Positions 1 to 7,790 of a stretch of 14,354 bases of DNA are shown here, piece after piece (position 1 is the stretch's first letter; the number at the start of each line of letters is the position of its first letter). The stretch lies in assembly GCA_048885865.1 (NCBI GenBank), contig JBHLLF010000058.1, positions 1-14,354 on the forward strand, written 5' to 3'. The stretch comes from Candidatus Hermodarchaeota archaeon. Lineage in GTDB: Archaea > Asgardarchaeota > Thorarchaeia > Thorarchaeales > Thorarchaeaceae. The notes beneath the pieces were generated by a model, which was not told the origin of the DNA, did no database searches, and worked only from the letters and a program-made list of their open reading frames with translations. Position numbers and translations under genes: made by a program.

Positions 1-405
1 GTCGGCAAATGGCAACTCCCGGGAGGACTCTATGAGAGCAGAGTGGATGGCGAAACATTCCGAGGAATGAATATGTTCAGGGTGGCACTAGACAACGGAG
101 CACGTCTTGCATTCGGCAGCGATGGTATGCCGTATGGACCGCTCTATGGAATCTGGGCTGCCACGACACATCCGAATGACAGAGTCAGACTTACTGTAGA
201 AGAGGCGCTTAGGTGCTACACCTTAGAAGCAGCTTATGCTTCCTACATGGACAGAACCGTCGGAAGCCTTGCTGTGGGCAAGAGAGCTGACTTTGCGGTC
301 CTATCAGATGATATTCTCAAAGTTCCACCAGAGAAGATCAAGGATATCAGTGTTGAGCTGACAATTGTAGGTGGGATTGTGGAATACACCGCGCTCGGAT
401 CCTGA
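1..405 (+). CDS. Amidohydrolase, YtcJ-like (amidohydrolase 3 family), 5'-truncated by the window edge
   Basis: Frame is open from base 1 (VGKWQLPGGLYESRVDG...) to TGA 403-405. It carries the C-terminal family motifs FGSDGMP, LTVEEALRCYT..AAYAS and GSLAVGKRADFAVL. Confidence 0.88.
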   Translation, partial: VGKWQLPGGLYESRVDGETFRGMNMFRVALDNGARLAFGSDGMPYGPLYGIWAATTHPNDRVRLTVEEALRCYTLEAAYASYMDRTVGSLAVGKRADFAVLSDDILKVPPEKIKDISVELTIVGGIVEYTALGS

Positions 406-415
406 GGTGGTCCCC

Positions 416-2221
416 GTGGGCAATATTCGTGTTCTTAGCGAAGAACTTGTTTCCCTAATTTCTGCTGGCGAAGTCATAGAGAATCCCTCGTCAATTGTCA
501 AAGAGCTAATCGAGAACTCACTTGATGCAGACGCTACTAACATTGAGATATCAATCACTGATGGTGGTATTGGATCAATCACTGTTTCAGACAATGGGAT
601 TGGCATTTTGAAAGAGGACTGCCCAGTATGCACCTTGCGCTACTCAACAAGCAAGATTAGCACAAGGGAAGACATTGACTCGATTCTCACTTATGGTTTC
701 AGAGGTGAAGCTCTAGCTAGCATTGCTGCAGTAGCTGACATGGTGATAGTAACGAAGCACGAAGGCGATGAGCTTGGAACGAGGATTTCATCTAGAGCAG
801 GAGAAATACCTAGCATTGAAGATGCCTCAAGACCTAGAGGGACCAATGTTGAGATAACAAATCTATTCAAGAATGTCCCTGCCCGAAGAAAGCATCTATC
901 CTATCCAAGAGTAGAGAGCCAAAGAGTTCTTGATGTCACTATGAGGCATGCGATCGTCAGGAATGATGTGGGATTTAGAGTCATCAGAGACGAACGTGTA
1001 GTACTAGACTGTCCTCCGGGCCAAACGGAGAGAGATCGGGTACTCCATTTGTGGGGACCTGATGTTGCTGCAAGTCTGGTAAAGTTTCAGCATAAGTCTG
1101 TAGGCACCTTGGTCTCAGGATTCATAGCTCTTCCTCCTGTTTCAAGAGGCAATAGAGGAAGACAGTATTTCTCCGTTAGAAACCGTCCAATATACGACGA
1201 AAGACTCAATCAAACCGTTGAATCGGCTTACTCCTCGCTTTTGATGAAGGGGAGATATCCTATTTGCTCGATCAAGATAGATGTTGATGTGGAAAAAGTT
1301 GATGCAAATGTCCACCCAACAAAAAGAGAGGTTAGGATTCAGGATTTCGATTCTCTAATAGAAACCGTAAGGATTGCTGTTCGGGAAGCATTGGACAAGG
1401 ACAGACCTGAGGCGGCACCTCTGCCACTCCAGGACTTTGTGGATGTGCCACTCTCTGAAACCCTTAGTTCCCAAGGTGAGGAAGATATGACATTTTCAGC
1501 CCGAACCTTGGCAGAAGAGCCGCTGCTTTTTGAGAGAGTCACACTCGAAGAACTGGTTACAGATAAGGCAATAGAGCCTCAGGAAATTCCGCTTAGAGGA
1601 GCTTTCAAGATCGTGGGGCAGATTCAGGACCTCTATATCCTTCTCGAGTTCGATGATGGACTCGTCATCGTGGATCAACATGCTGCACATGAGAGAATCA
1701 TCTATGAGCAACTAAAAGCCAAGATGAAAAACAAGAGCATTGTTACTCAGGAGCTGCTAGAGCCTATCGTTCTGCGACTCAGCGCGGCTGATAAGGATGC
1801 AATACTTGGTGCTCAAGAGGTTCTTCATTCGCTTGGATATTCAATCGATTCCTTTGGAGGAAATGAAGTTCTAGTTTCGACCCTTCCTGATGTGTTCGGT
1901 CATCGAGCAAATGAAGACGAGCTGATTTCACTTGTAGACAGGATTGTAGAGCTTGGCGTTCGAGCCGCGAAAGATGAATTCATGGACAATGTCCTGAGAA
2001 TCGTGGCTTGTCATTCGGCCATCAGAGCCGGAGAAACTCTCAGTCACAAGGAAATTGCGTCCCTTCTGGTAGATCTTGTCAAAGCACCGAACAGATACAA
2101 TTGTGCTCATGGCAGACCCTCAATGATCAAGCTCACAAGACAGGAGCTTGACAAGCGGTTTGGGAGAGATGGTCCTCAAGCTCTAGCTCGGTTCAGAGCG
2201 CGGCACCGCCTCAGGCGCTAG
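416..2221 (+). CDS. mutL: DNA mismatch repair endonuclease MutL
   Basis: GHKL motifs AGEVIENP..KELIENSLDA, DNGIGI, TSKI, GFRGEALASI and DANVHPTKREV. Endonuclease motifs DQHAAHERIIYE, ACHSAI and CAHGRP. Start moved to GTG 416 because SD GAGGTG lies at 404-409, overlapping the upstream stop. Confidence 0.97.
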   Translation: MGNIRVLSEELVSLISAGEVIENPSSIVKELIENSLDADATNIEISITDGGIGSITVSDNGIGILKEDCPVCTLRYSTSKISTREDIDSILTYGFRGEALASIAAVADMVIVTKHEGDELGTRISSRAGEIPSIEDASRPRGTNVEITNLFKNVPARRKHLSYPRVESQRVLDVTMRHAIVRNDVGFRVIRDERVVLDCPPGQTERDRVLHLWGPDVAASLVKFQHKSVGTLVSGFIALPPVSRGNRGRQYFSVRNRPIYDERLNQTVESAYSSLLMKGRYPICSIKIDVDVEKVDANVHPTKREVRIQDFDSLIETVRIAVREALDKDRPEAAPLPLQDFVDVPLSETLSSQGEEDMTFSARTLAEEPLLFERVTLEELVTDKAIEPQEIPLRGAFKIVGQIQDLYILLEFDDGLVIVDQHAAHERIIYEQLKAKMKNKSIVTQELLEPIVLRLSAADKDAILGAQEVLHSLGYSIDSFGGNEVLVSTLPDVFGHRANEDELISLVDRIVELGVRAAKDEFMDNVLRIVACHSAIRAGETLSHKEIASLLVDLVKAPNRYNCAHGRPSMIKLTRQELDKRFGRDGPQALARFRARHRLRR

Positions 2222-2269
2222 CCTGCGTTGAGCGTAGGATTAAGTAATGGTAGACTCTCGAATTCCAAT

Positions 2270-3181
2270 ATGCCTTCAAAGAGCAGTCTTGTAATTGCCA
2301 CGATTGTCTTCCCTGATGACTCATCCGAAACTAATGCTCTACTGCTACTCGAAAGCATTCGTGCGTTTGCTGGTTCTCTCTCCGATGTGGAAATCTGGTG
2401 CTATAAGCCAGAGTCTGAAAATGAAATCTCTTCTAAAATTCAGGCTAGAATCGACAAATTGGGGGTTGAACTGATTCCATTTGAGATGGATTCAGAAATA
2501 TGCTCATTTCCATTCATGAGACATGCTCATGCAGCAACCCTTGCAGAATCAAGGTCTAAAGGCAAATTCGAGTTGGTTGCATGGCTTGCTCCAAACACAT
2601 TAGTGCTTCAAGAGCCGAGTAAGTTCATTCTAGAAACACGCATCAGCTTGGGCTATCGTCCTGTTCACCACAAGCTCCTCGGGCTGAATTATGATGAGCC
2701 CCTCGACACATTCTGGTCTGCTGTGTACGAGTTCTGTGGGGTACCTGAGGAGAGTGTCTTCGCCATGAAAACCCAAGTTGAGGATTTGTCAATTCGACCA
2801 TACTTCAATGCAGGCTGTCTAGTTGTGAGACCAGATAAGACTCTTCTCCAGACTTGGCGTGATGCCTTTGTAGGGGTATACCAAGAACCAGTTTTTGATA
2901 GGCTATATCGGGAAGACTACCGCTATGCGATTTTTGTGCATCAAGCGATTCTCACAGGTGTGATACTAGCGAAAGCAAAGCATGATGAAATCGAGGAACT
3001 GCCTGCAAAATACAACTACCCGCTGAACCTCTATTTCGAGGACATCACGAATAATCAGCCTCAATATCTTGAAGAGTGCGTAACAATAAGACATGAGGGA
3101 TTCCATAAGGATCCTGCATGGAAAAGCAGGATGCCTGCTCGGAAAGCGCTCAAAGAATGGATTGCCAATGTAATTCGGTAA
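2270..3181 (+). CDS. Hypothetical protein with GT-A / glycosyltransferase family 8-like motifs (degenerate)
   Basis: LLLESIRAF, YFNAGCLVV, HQAIL, LPAKYNYP and IRH occur in the order of GT8 motifs (YFNSG, DQ..L, LP..YN, IIH). ATG 2270 was chosen because AT-rich ATTAAGTA at 2239-2246 fits a leaderless promoter; the ORF track starts at TTG 2228. Confidence 0.55.
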   Translation: MPSKSSLVIATIVFPDDSSETNALLLLESIRAFAGSLSDVEIWCYKPESENEISSKIQARIDKLGVELIPFEMDSEICSFPFMRHAHAATLAESRSKGKFELVAWLAPNTLVLQEPSKFILETRISLGYRPVHHKLLGLNYDEPLDTFWSAVYEFCGVPEESVFAMKTQVEDLSIRPYFNAGCLVVRPDKTLLQTWRDAFVGVYQEPVFDRLYREDYRYAIFVHQAILTGVILAKAKHDEIEELPAKYNYPLNLYFEDITNNQPQYLEECVTIRHEGFHKDPAWKSRMPARKALKEWIANVIR

Positions 3182-3199
3182 CAGCAAGGAAATTGCTCT

Positions 3200-4093
3200 T
3201 CAAGTCGCGAGGATACGATGTTTCTCATCTATTCTTATTCTGCATCCCTTTAATTGCAATTTCTGAAGCCATTCAACCGTTTCCTCTGGAAGTGTTCTAA
3301 ACCTATTCCCTCTCAAATTGATGCCTTGTAGACCATCCAAGTTAATGATGCTTTTCGGAAGTGAAGTTAGCTGATTGCCGTCAATGTTCAGGCTCGTTAG
3401 ACTTGTAAGGCTGCCAATGTTGTCAGGCAAAGATGCGAGACGGTTATCACTCAGACTAAGTTGTTTGAGGTTCGGGATCTTCCCAAGGCTGTCCGGAAGA
3501 GATACGAGTTCATTCTTGTGAGCTGTGAGTCTCTCGAGGTTTGTCATTTTGCCAATGCTCTCCGGCAAGGCAACAAGATTGTTAATGAAAATAGCAAGAT
3601 CCCAGAGATTACCTAGCTCCCCTATAGTTTCTGGCAGCTCCATGAGTTGGACATTCATCAAGCCTAGTCGTCGAAGGCTTGACAGGTGACCGACTGAATT
3701 GGGCAAATACCTAAACTGGTTTCTTGAAAGGTCAGCCCTCTGGAGGTTTGTCATGTCACCAATTTCCCTTGGTATCTCAACTATCTCATTATTGAAGACA
3801 TCGATGTCTAGAAGAGTATCCAATCTGCAGACACAAGGTGGGATTGTCTGTAGATGATTGTCACGAAGATAGAGATACTGAATCGCTTCAAGATCAGACA
3901 GACTATCAGGTAGATCGGTTAGCCCTTTATTGTTGATACTCAAATACTCGATATGACCTTCTACCTCAGTATATGCGGTTCTATAGAAAGTTGAAGTTCC
4001 TGGTCCGCCAAATCTCTTTACCGGGGGAATATGTTCGCCAATCATTACCTCAAGTTCCGACAAGACAGATGCATCGGTTTCAACGAGAGGCAT
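3200..4093 (-). CDS. Leucine-rich repeat protein (about 10 tandem 23-aa LRRs)
   Basis: Repeats of LxxLxLxxNxLxxLPxxIGxLxx, e.g. NLKQLSLSDNRLASLPDNIGSLT and SLTSLNIDGNQLTSLPKSIINLD, with short N- and C-terminal caps. Confidence 0.95.
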   Translation of the reverse strand: MPLVETDASVLSELEVMIGEHIPPVKRFGGPGTSTFYRTAYTEVEGHIEYLSINNKGLTDLPDSLSDLEAIQYLYLRDNHLQTIPPCVCRLDTLLDIDVFNNEIVEIPREIGDMTNLQRADLSRNQFRYLPNSVGHLSSLRRLGLMNVQLMELPETIGELGNLWDLAIFINNLVALPESIGKMTNLERLTAHKNELVSLPDSLGKIPNLKQLSLSDNRLASLPDNIGSLTSLTSLNIDGNQLTSLPKSIINLDGLQGINLRGNRFRTLPEETVEWLQKLQLKGCRIRIDEKHRILAT

Positions 4094-4234
4094 GATTCAG
4101 GATTGGCTACAGTTGTCCTATTCAGATTGCGGTTTCAGCATTTCTGCAAGGCTTTTGTCGTGCCGAATCTCTCGTCTCACTAACCACACCGCTTATTAAC
4201 AATCGTTCATCCTAAGGAGGACTGAGGGTCCACT

Positions 4235-5635
4235 ATGGCTACTACTCTGAAAGCAACCACAAAGATTCTGGATTTGGCAAAGGAGTACCCGTTTCTCTTC
4301 GATACTCTGGTTGAGATATCTCCGAAGCTGAAGCGCCTGCAGAATCCAATTATGCAGCGGACAATCGGAAAAAGAGCTACTCTAACAGATGTTTCAAAGT
4401 TGTCCAAGGTTCCTTTGAATCGAATATTCACCATATTGTCCGAGTCAATTTCTAGGAATGCCGACGAAACAGTTGCTATAGATAGAGAAGACGAAGCGAT
4501 GGGTGAATGGCAGGAAGAACTTGAGAAGCGCCAGACGAAATTGAAGGACCTCATTCTAGGCCTTCATGAAGGAGAGGAATTGGAGAAGCTCCAAGGTCAA
4601 TTCAAGGAGATACTCGGTGACGTCAGCGCAACAGAGATTGCTGAGATGGAGCAATCGTTGATTTCCTCTGGTGAGCTCACAGCTCAGCAGGTTACTGCAT
4701 TGTGCGATTTGCACGTGCAAGTCTTCAAGGAATCGCTGGATGTACAAGAGAAACCGGAGTCAATTCCGGGACACCCAGTCCACACATACATGAGTGAGAA
4801 CAAGGAAGCACAGAAACTAGTTAATCTACTCAAGGAGAGCCCTGAAGAGTCGAGTGCCTTGGAGGATTTGAGGAAGATAGTAGTCCACTATACGCGGCTG
4901 CAGAATCAGTTATTTCCTATTCTTGAGAAGGCTGGGATAACTGGACCTTCAACAGTGATGTGGGCAAAGCAGGATGAAATCCGTGAAATGCTCAGCAAAG
5001 CAGATGAATCCAATCTCAATGAGGTGCTTGCCGCGGTTGAAGATATGATATACAAAGAGGAGAATATTCTCTACCCGATGGCTCTGGAGAATCTTTCAGA
5101 ATATGATTGGGTGAAGGTGCGAGTAGGGGAGGAAGAAATCGGATATGCCTTCGATTTTACACCCGGCACTGAATGGAAGCCAATTACTCCCTTGGATGTT
5201 CATCAAGCGGACCAAGAACCTGAATCGCCTGAAATCAAGCTGAACACCGGAAATCTTACGTTGAAAGAGATTGACTTGCTGCTTAGACATATTCCTGTTG
5301 ATCTTTCATTTGTTGGAGTTGATGAGAGAGTCAAGTACTACTCTGCCACGAATGACCGAATTTTCCCGAGGAGTCCCGGGGTTATAGGGAGAGGCGTCAT
5401 TAATTGTCATCCCCAGAAGAGCTATGATAAAGTTCAGAGAATAATGGATGCATTCAAAGATGGGACTCAGGACAAGGCAATATTCTGGATTCGACTCGAT
5501 GACAAGTTTATCCTCATATCGTATTACGCGGTTAGAGATGACAAGGGAGAATTTGTTGGGACCCTAGAGGTCACACAGGATGTGACAGAGATTCGTGGTC
5601 TTGAAGGCGAAAAGAGGCTCCTTGAATGGGAATAA
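4235..5635 (+). CDS. DUF438 family protein (N-terminal DUF1858-like, DUF438, hemerythrin-like and C-terminal PAS_10 domains)
   Basis: EIAEMEQSL, CDLHVQVF, GHPVHTYMSEN, HY..QNQLFP, GPSTVMW, MIYKEENILYP and PAS_10-type FPRSPGVIGRGVINCHPQKS...GTLEVTQD. Confidence 0.88.
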   Translation: MATTLKATTKILDLAKEYPFLFDTLVEISPKLKRLQNPIMQRTIGKRATLTDVSKLSKVPLNRIFTILSESISRNADETVAIDREDEAMGEWQEELEKRQTKLKDLILGLHEGEELEKLQGQFKEILGDVSATEIAEMEQSLISSGELTAQQVTALCDLHVQVFKESLDVQEKPESIPGHPVHTYMSENKEAQKLVNLLKESPEESSALEDLRKIVVHYTRLQNQLFPILEKAGITGPSTVMWAKQDEIREMLSKADESNLNEVLAAVEDMIYKEENILYPMALENLSEYDWVKVRVGEEEIGYAFDFTPGTEWKPITPLDVHQADQEPESPEIKLNTGNLTLKEIDLLLRHIPVDLSFVGVDERVKYYSATNDRIFPRSPGVIGRGVINCHPQKSYDKVQRIMDAFKDGTQDKAIFWIRLDDKFILISYYAVRDDKGEFVGTLEVTQDVTEIRGLEGEKRLLEWE

Positions 5636-5698
5636 CTTAGTCTGTTCCAGGAATTTGAGAAGAAAAAGAGTGGGAGTAGTCTGGATAATGAGGGGGGT

Positions 5699-5817
5699 AG
5701 TCTGAAGAGGGCCTCTAGGATGGCAAGATGAAAGATGGGGATTTGGTAGTGTTGACGGCAGCAGGCATTGGATGGTCTTGGAATGCGATGACCATCAAAT
5801 GGGGAAAGCAGGAGTGA
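5699..5817 (+). pseudogene. C-terminal remnant of a FabH-like 3-oxoacyl-ACP/CoA synthase III gene
   Basis: 5719-5817 translates to DGKMKDGDLVVLTAAGIGWSWNAMTIKWGKQE*, matching the KAS III C-terminal pattern GK.K.GD.V.L...G.G..W.A..I.W. An in-frame TAG lies at 5716-5718. With one frameshift the upstream bases read SLK(R)GL. The ORF track misses it. Confidence 0.8.
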
Positions 5818-5822
5818 ACCTT

Positions 5823-6245
5823 ATGGAGATAACGAAGTATTCAGACATTAAGATGGGACAAACAGCAGAAGTTACGCATAAAGTCACTGAAGAAGATATT
5901 CAGACATTCGGGGATCTAAGTGGTGATTACAATCCCTTGCACTTCGATGAAGAGTGGGCAAAAGGAACCATGTTTGGCAGTCGAATTGCTCATGGAATCC
6001 TGACTGCATCCTATGTCAGTACTGTAATAGGAATGCATCTGCCAGGACCGGGGACAATCTACATGAGTCAAAGCATGCGATTCCTTGGACCGGTCAGGAT
6101 TGGTGACACCATCACTGCAGTGGTCGAGGTCATCAATCTGAATGATGAAAAAGAAAGAGTGACTCTCAAGACTAGATGTACGAATCAAGATGGGAAGATA
6201 GTCCTCGACGGAGAAGCCCTAGTAACGTTGATGAAGCTGACCTAG
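5823..6245 (+). CDS. MaoC family dehydratase / (R)-specific enoyl-CoA hydratase (PhaJ-like)
   Basis: Hydratase-2 motif FGDLSGDYNPLHFD...RIAHG and LPGPGTIYMSQSMRFLGPVRIGDTI. ATG 5823 follows SD GGAGTGA (5811-5817); the longer ORF from 5772 overlaps the FabH remnant. Confidence 0.93.
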   Translation: MEITKYSDIKMGQTAEVTHKVTEEDIQTFGDLSGDYNPLHFDEEWAKGTMFGSRIAHGILTASYVSTVIGMHLPGPGTIYMSQSMRFLGPVRIGDTITAVVEVINLNDEKERVTLKTRCTNQDGKIVLDGEALVTLMKLT

Positions 6246-6323
6246 TTATCAAGCTGTAGCTAGTCCTTGACGCCCACGTGGAAATTCGATTATATTTTAT
6301 CTCCCCAAATACATGCACTGCAC

Positions 6324-7121
6324 ATGAATCAACTCAAGAATTGGATCATACGTGAAGAAGATGATGGACAGATTGTTTGGCTACTACTAAACCGTCCTGA
6401 GAAGAAGAATGCGTTCAATGAAGAGGTACACGAGGAATTCAACCAATTCATCGACGGATTATATTCAAACTCGAAGATTCGCGTCCTGGTTATCTCAACG
6501 GCTTTAGATGACATCTTTACAGCTGGCGCCGATATTGAAGGCTTCTTCAGGATGCATGAAGGAGATGTATACAGCAATGCCGTGGAGGTATCGAAGATGT
6601 CTCAGAATGCATTCGGGAAACTTGAGAGCCTACCCTTCCCAGTCATCTCCGCTGTGAAGGGACTCAACCTGACAGCAGGGCTTGAGATGTCTTTGTGCTC
6701 TGATATCATAGTTGCTGCAGACAACGCAAGATTCGGGCAAATAGAACCTAAGCACGGAATTATTCCAGGAGGTGGCGCCACTCAGAGACTGGCGCGCTTG
6801 GTGGGTCCACTCAAAGCTCGAGAGCTTATCTATACCTGCGACATCATAGATGCCCAAGAGGCGCTGAGGATCGGTCTGGTGAGCAACGTGGTACCCCTCT
6901 CTGAATTGGAATCGGTTGTGAATGAATTATGCAGGCGGATTATCAAGAACTCAAAACAGGCTATCGCAAAATCAAAGCACCTGATCAACCAGGGGATATA
7001 CAGCAATCCCGAGGGATTCGAAGGAGAAAACACCGGATTTGGAGAAGTGTTTGCGTCTGGAGAACCAATGGAAAGGCTGTCAGCTTTTATGGATTCGAGA
7101 AAGTCGAAAAAGGAGAGCTAG
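6324..7121 (+). CDS. Enoyl-CoA hydratase/isomerase (crotonase family)
   Basis: LNRPEKKNAF, FTAGADI, GLEMSLCSD and FGQIEPKHGIIPGGGATQRL, with both catalytic Glu positions present. ATG 6324 lies 26 nt after TATA-like TTATATTT (6290-6297), suggesting a leaderless start. Confidence 0.93.
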   Translation: MNQLKNWIIREEDDGQIVWLLLNRPEKKNAFNEEVHEEFNQFIDGLYSNSKIRVLVISTALDDIFTAGADIEGFFRMHEGDVYSNAVEVSKMSQNAFGKLESLPFPVISAVKGLNLTAGLEMSLCSDIIVAADNARFGQIEPKHGIIPGGGATQRLARLVGPLKARELIYTCDIIDAQEALRIGLVSNVVPLSELESVVNELCRRIIKNSKQAIAKSKHLINQGIYSNPEGFEGENTGFGEVFASGEPMERLSAFMDSRKSKKES

Positions 7122-7170
7122 AAATTCAAGGAATTTGCAGATCTAATATTCCATATTAACCAGCTTAGAT

Positions 7171-7199
7171 AAAAAAACAGCTTGCTCTAGAGCAAGCTG
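7171..7199 (-). terminator. Hairpin + U-tract terminator between convergent genes
   Basis: Perfect 22-bp palindrome CAGCTTGCTCTAGAGCAAGCTG (7178-7199) adjacent to A7 (7171-7177), which reads as hairpin then U7 on the minus strand downstream of ORF 7228..7617. Confidence 0.75.
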
Positions 7200-7227
7200 A
7201 TTCCAATTGTAGGGGAGAGGCATCTCA

Positions 7228-7617
7228 TTATTCTTTTAGTGCCACACCTAGAAGCCCACCGATGGTGAACAGAATTGGTGCAATTCCTATAAAGTAGTAA
7301 TTGATCTCAGGAATCGGTGCAGGGGGAGGTTGCAGGACAAACAACCAAGCAAGCACTAGGACTATACCTAGAATTAACGTGATGTAATTTCCGTTCATAT
7401 TTCCCTTTGCAGCAAAATAGCCTAGAAGTAGTACTATTATGCCGAATATAACAAGCAGTACACTAGGTACTATGGAGATCGGGTTGGCTGCAAAAATTGC
7501 CTGATATGTCGTCAGTCCCTCAATCATACCCACTAATCCAATAATCAATGAGTAGACCCCTCCGATTAGGGTGACCGCTGGCCCGACTAGTGCCTTACCT
7601 TTCACAAATTCTACCAT
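7228..7617 (-). CDS. Small hypothetical membrane protein (about 4 TM helices)
   Basis: 129-aa ORF with four Gly-rich hydrophobic segments; SD GGAGG at 7629-7633 (minus strand). Confidence 0.8.
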   Translation of the reverse strand: MVEFVKGKALVGPAVTLIGGVYSLIIGLVGMIEGLTTYQAIFAANPISIVPSVLLVIFGIIVLLLGYFAAKGNMNGNYITLILGIVLVLAWLFVLQPPPAPIPEINYYFIGIAPILFTIGGLLGVALKE

Positions 7618-7644
7618 AGCTCTCTAATCCTCCACACGAGAATA

Positions 7645-7685
7645 ATAACGCCGTTATAGGATAAGCCTCTATTTATATTATTTGA
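7645..7685 (-). promoter_or_regulatory. Promoter (BRE + TATA) with palindromic operator ATAACGCCGTTAT
   Basis: On the minus strand, TCAAATAA-TATAAATA (7685-7670) is followed by the 13-bp palindrome at 7645-7657, at the expected transcription start. Confidence 0.75.
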
Positions 7686-7790
7686 TGAATTGAGAATTAT
7701 TTTGCGTTGATGCAGTGTTTTGCTGAATGATTCCCCAGACAACAGAATCTGCAATGTCATTTGGAATAATTCTCAGCTCAAGATTCATCA
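7683..7790. repeat. Long interrupted inverted repeat
   Basis: TGATGAAT (7683-7690) pairs with ATTCATCA (7783-7790). TGAGAATTATT (7691-7701) pairs with AATAATTCTCA (7765-7775). Inner TGCAG (7711-7715) pairs with CTGCA (7749-7753). Confidence 0.75.

Noticed and set aside
304-2110. Minus-strand ORFs 304..633, 1339..1542, 1496..1711, 1928..2110
   Set aside because: Antisense shadows of mutL and the amidohydrolase with no recognisable motifs.
2966-3300. ORFs 2966..3187 (-) and 3118..3300 (+)
   Set aside because: Short, overlap well-supported genes, no motifs.
3200-4093. LRR gene as a diversity-generating retroelement target or DNA-level tandem repeat
   Set aside because: The repeats are diverged at the nucleotide level, and no template/variable repeat pair or reverse transcriptase is seen in the window.
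5772-5822. N-terminal extension of MaoC given by the ORF track
   Set aside because: The sequence is better explained as the FabH remnant in another frame, and the SD supports ATG 5823.
4207-7159. Short overlapping ORFs within the DUF438, maoC and crotonase genes
   Set aside because: Antisense or out-of-frame shadows of clearly assigned genes.
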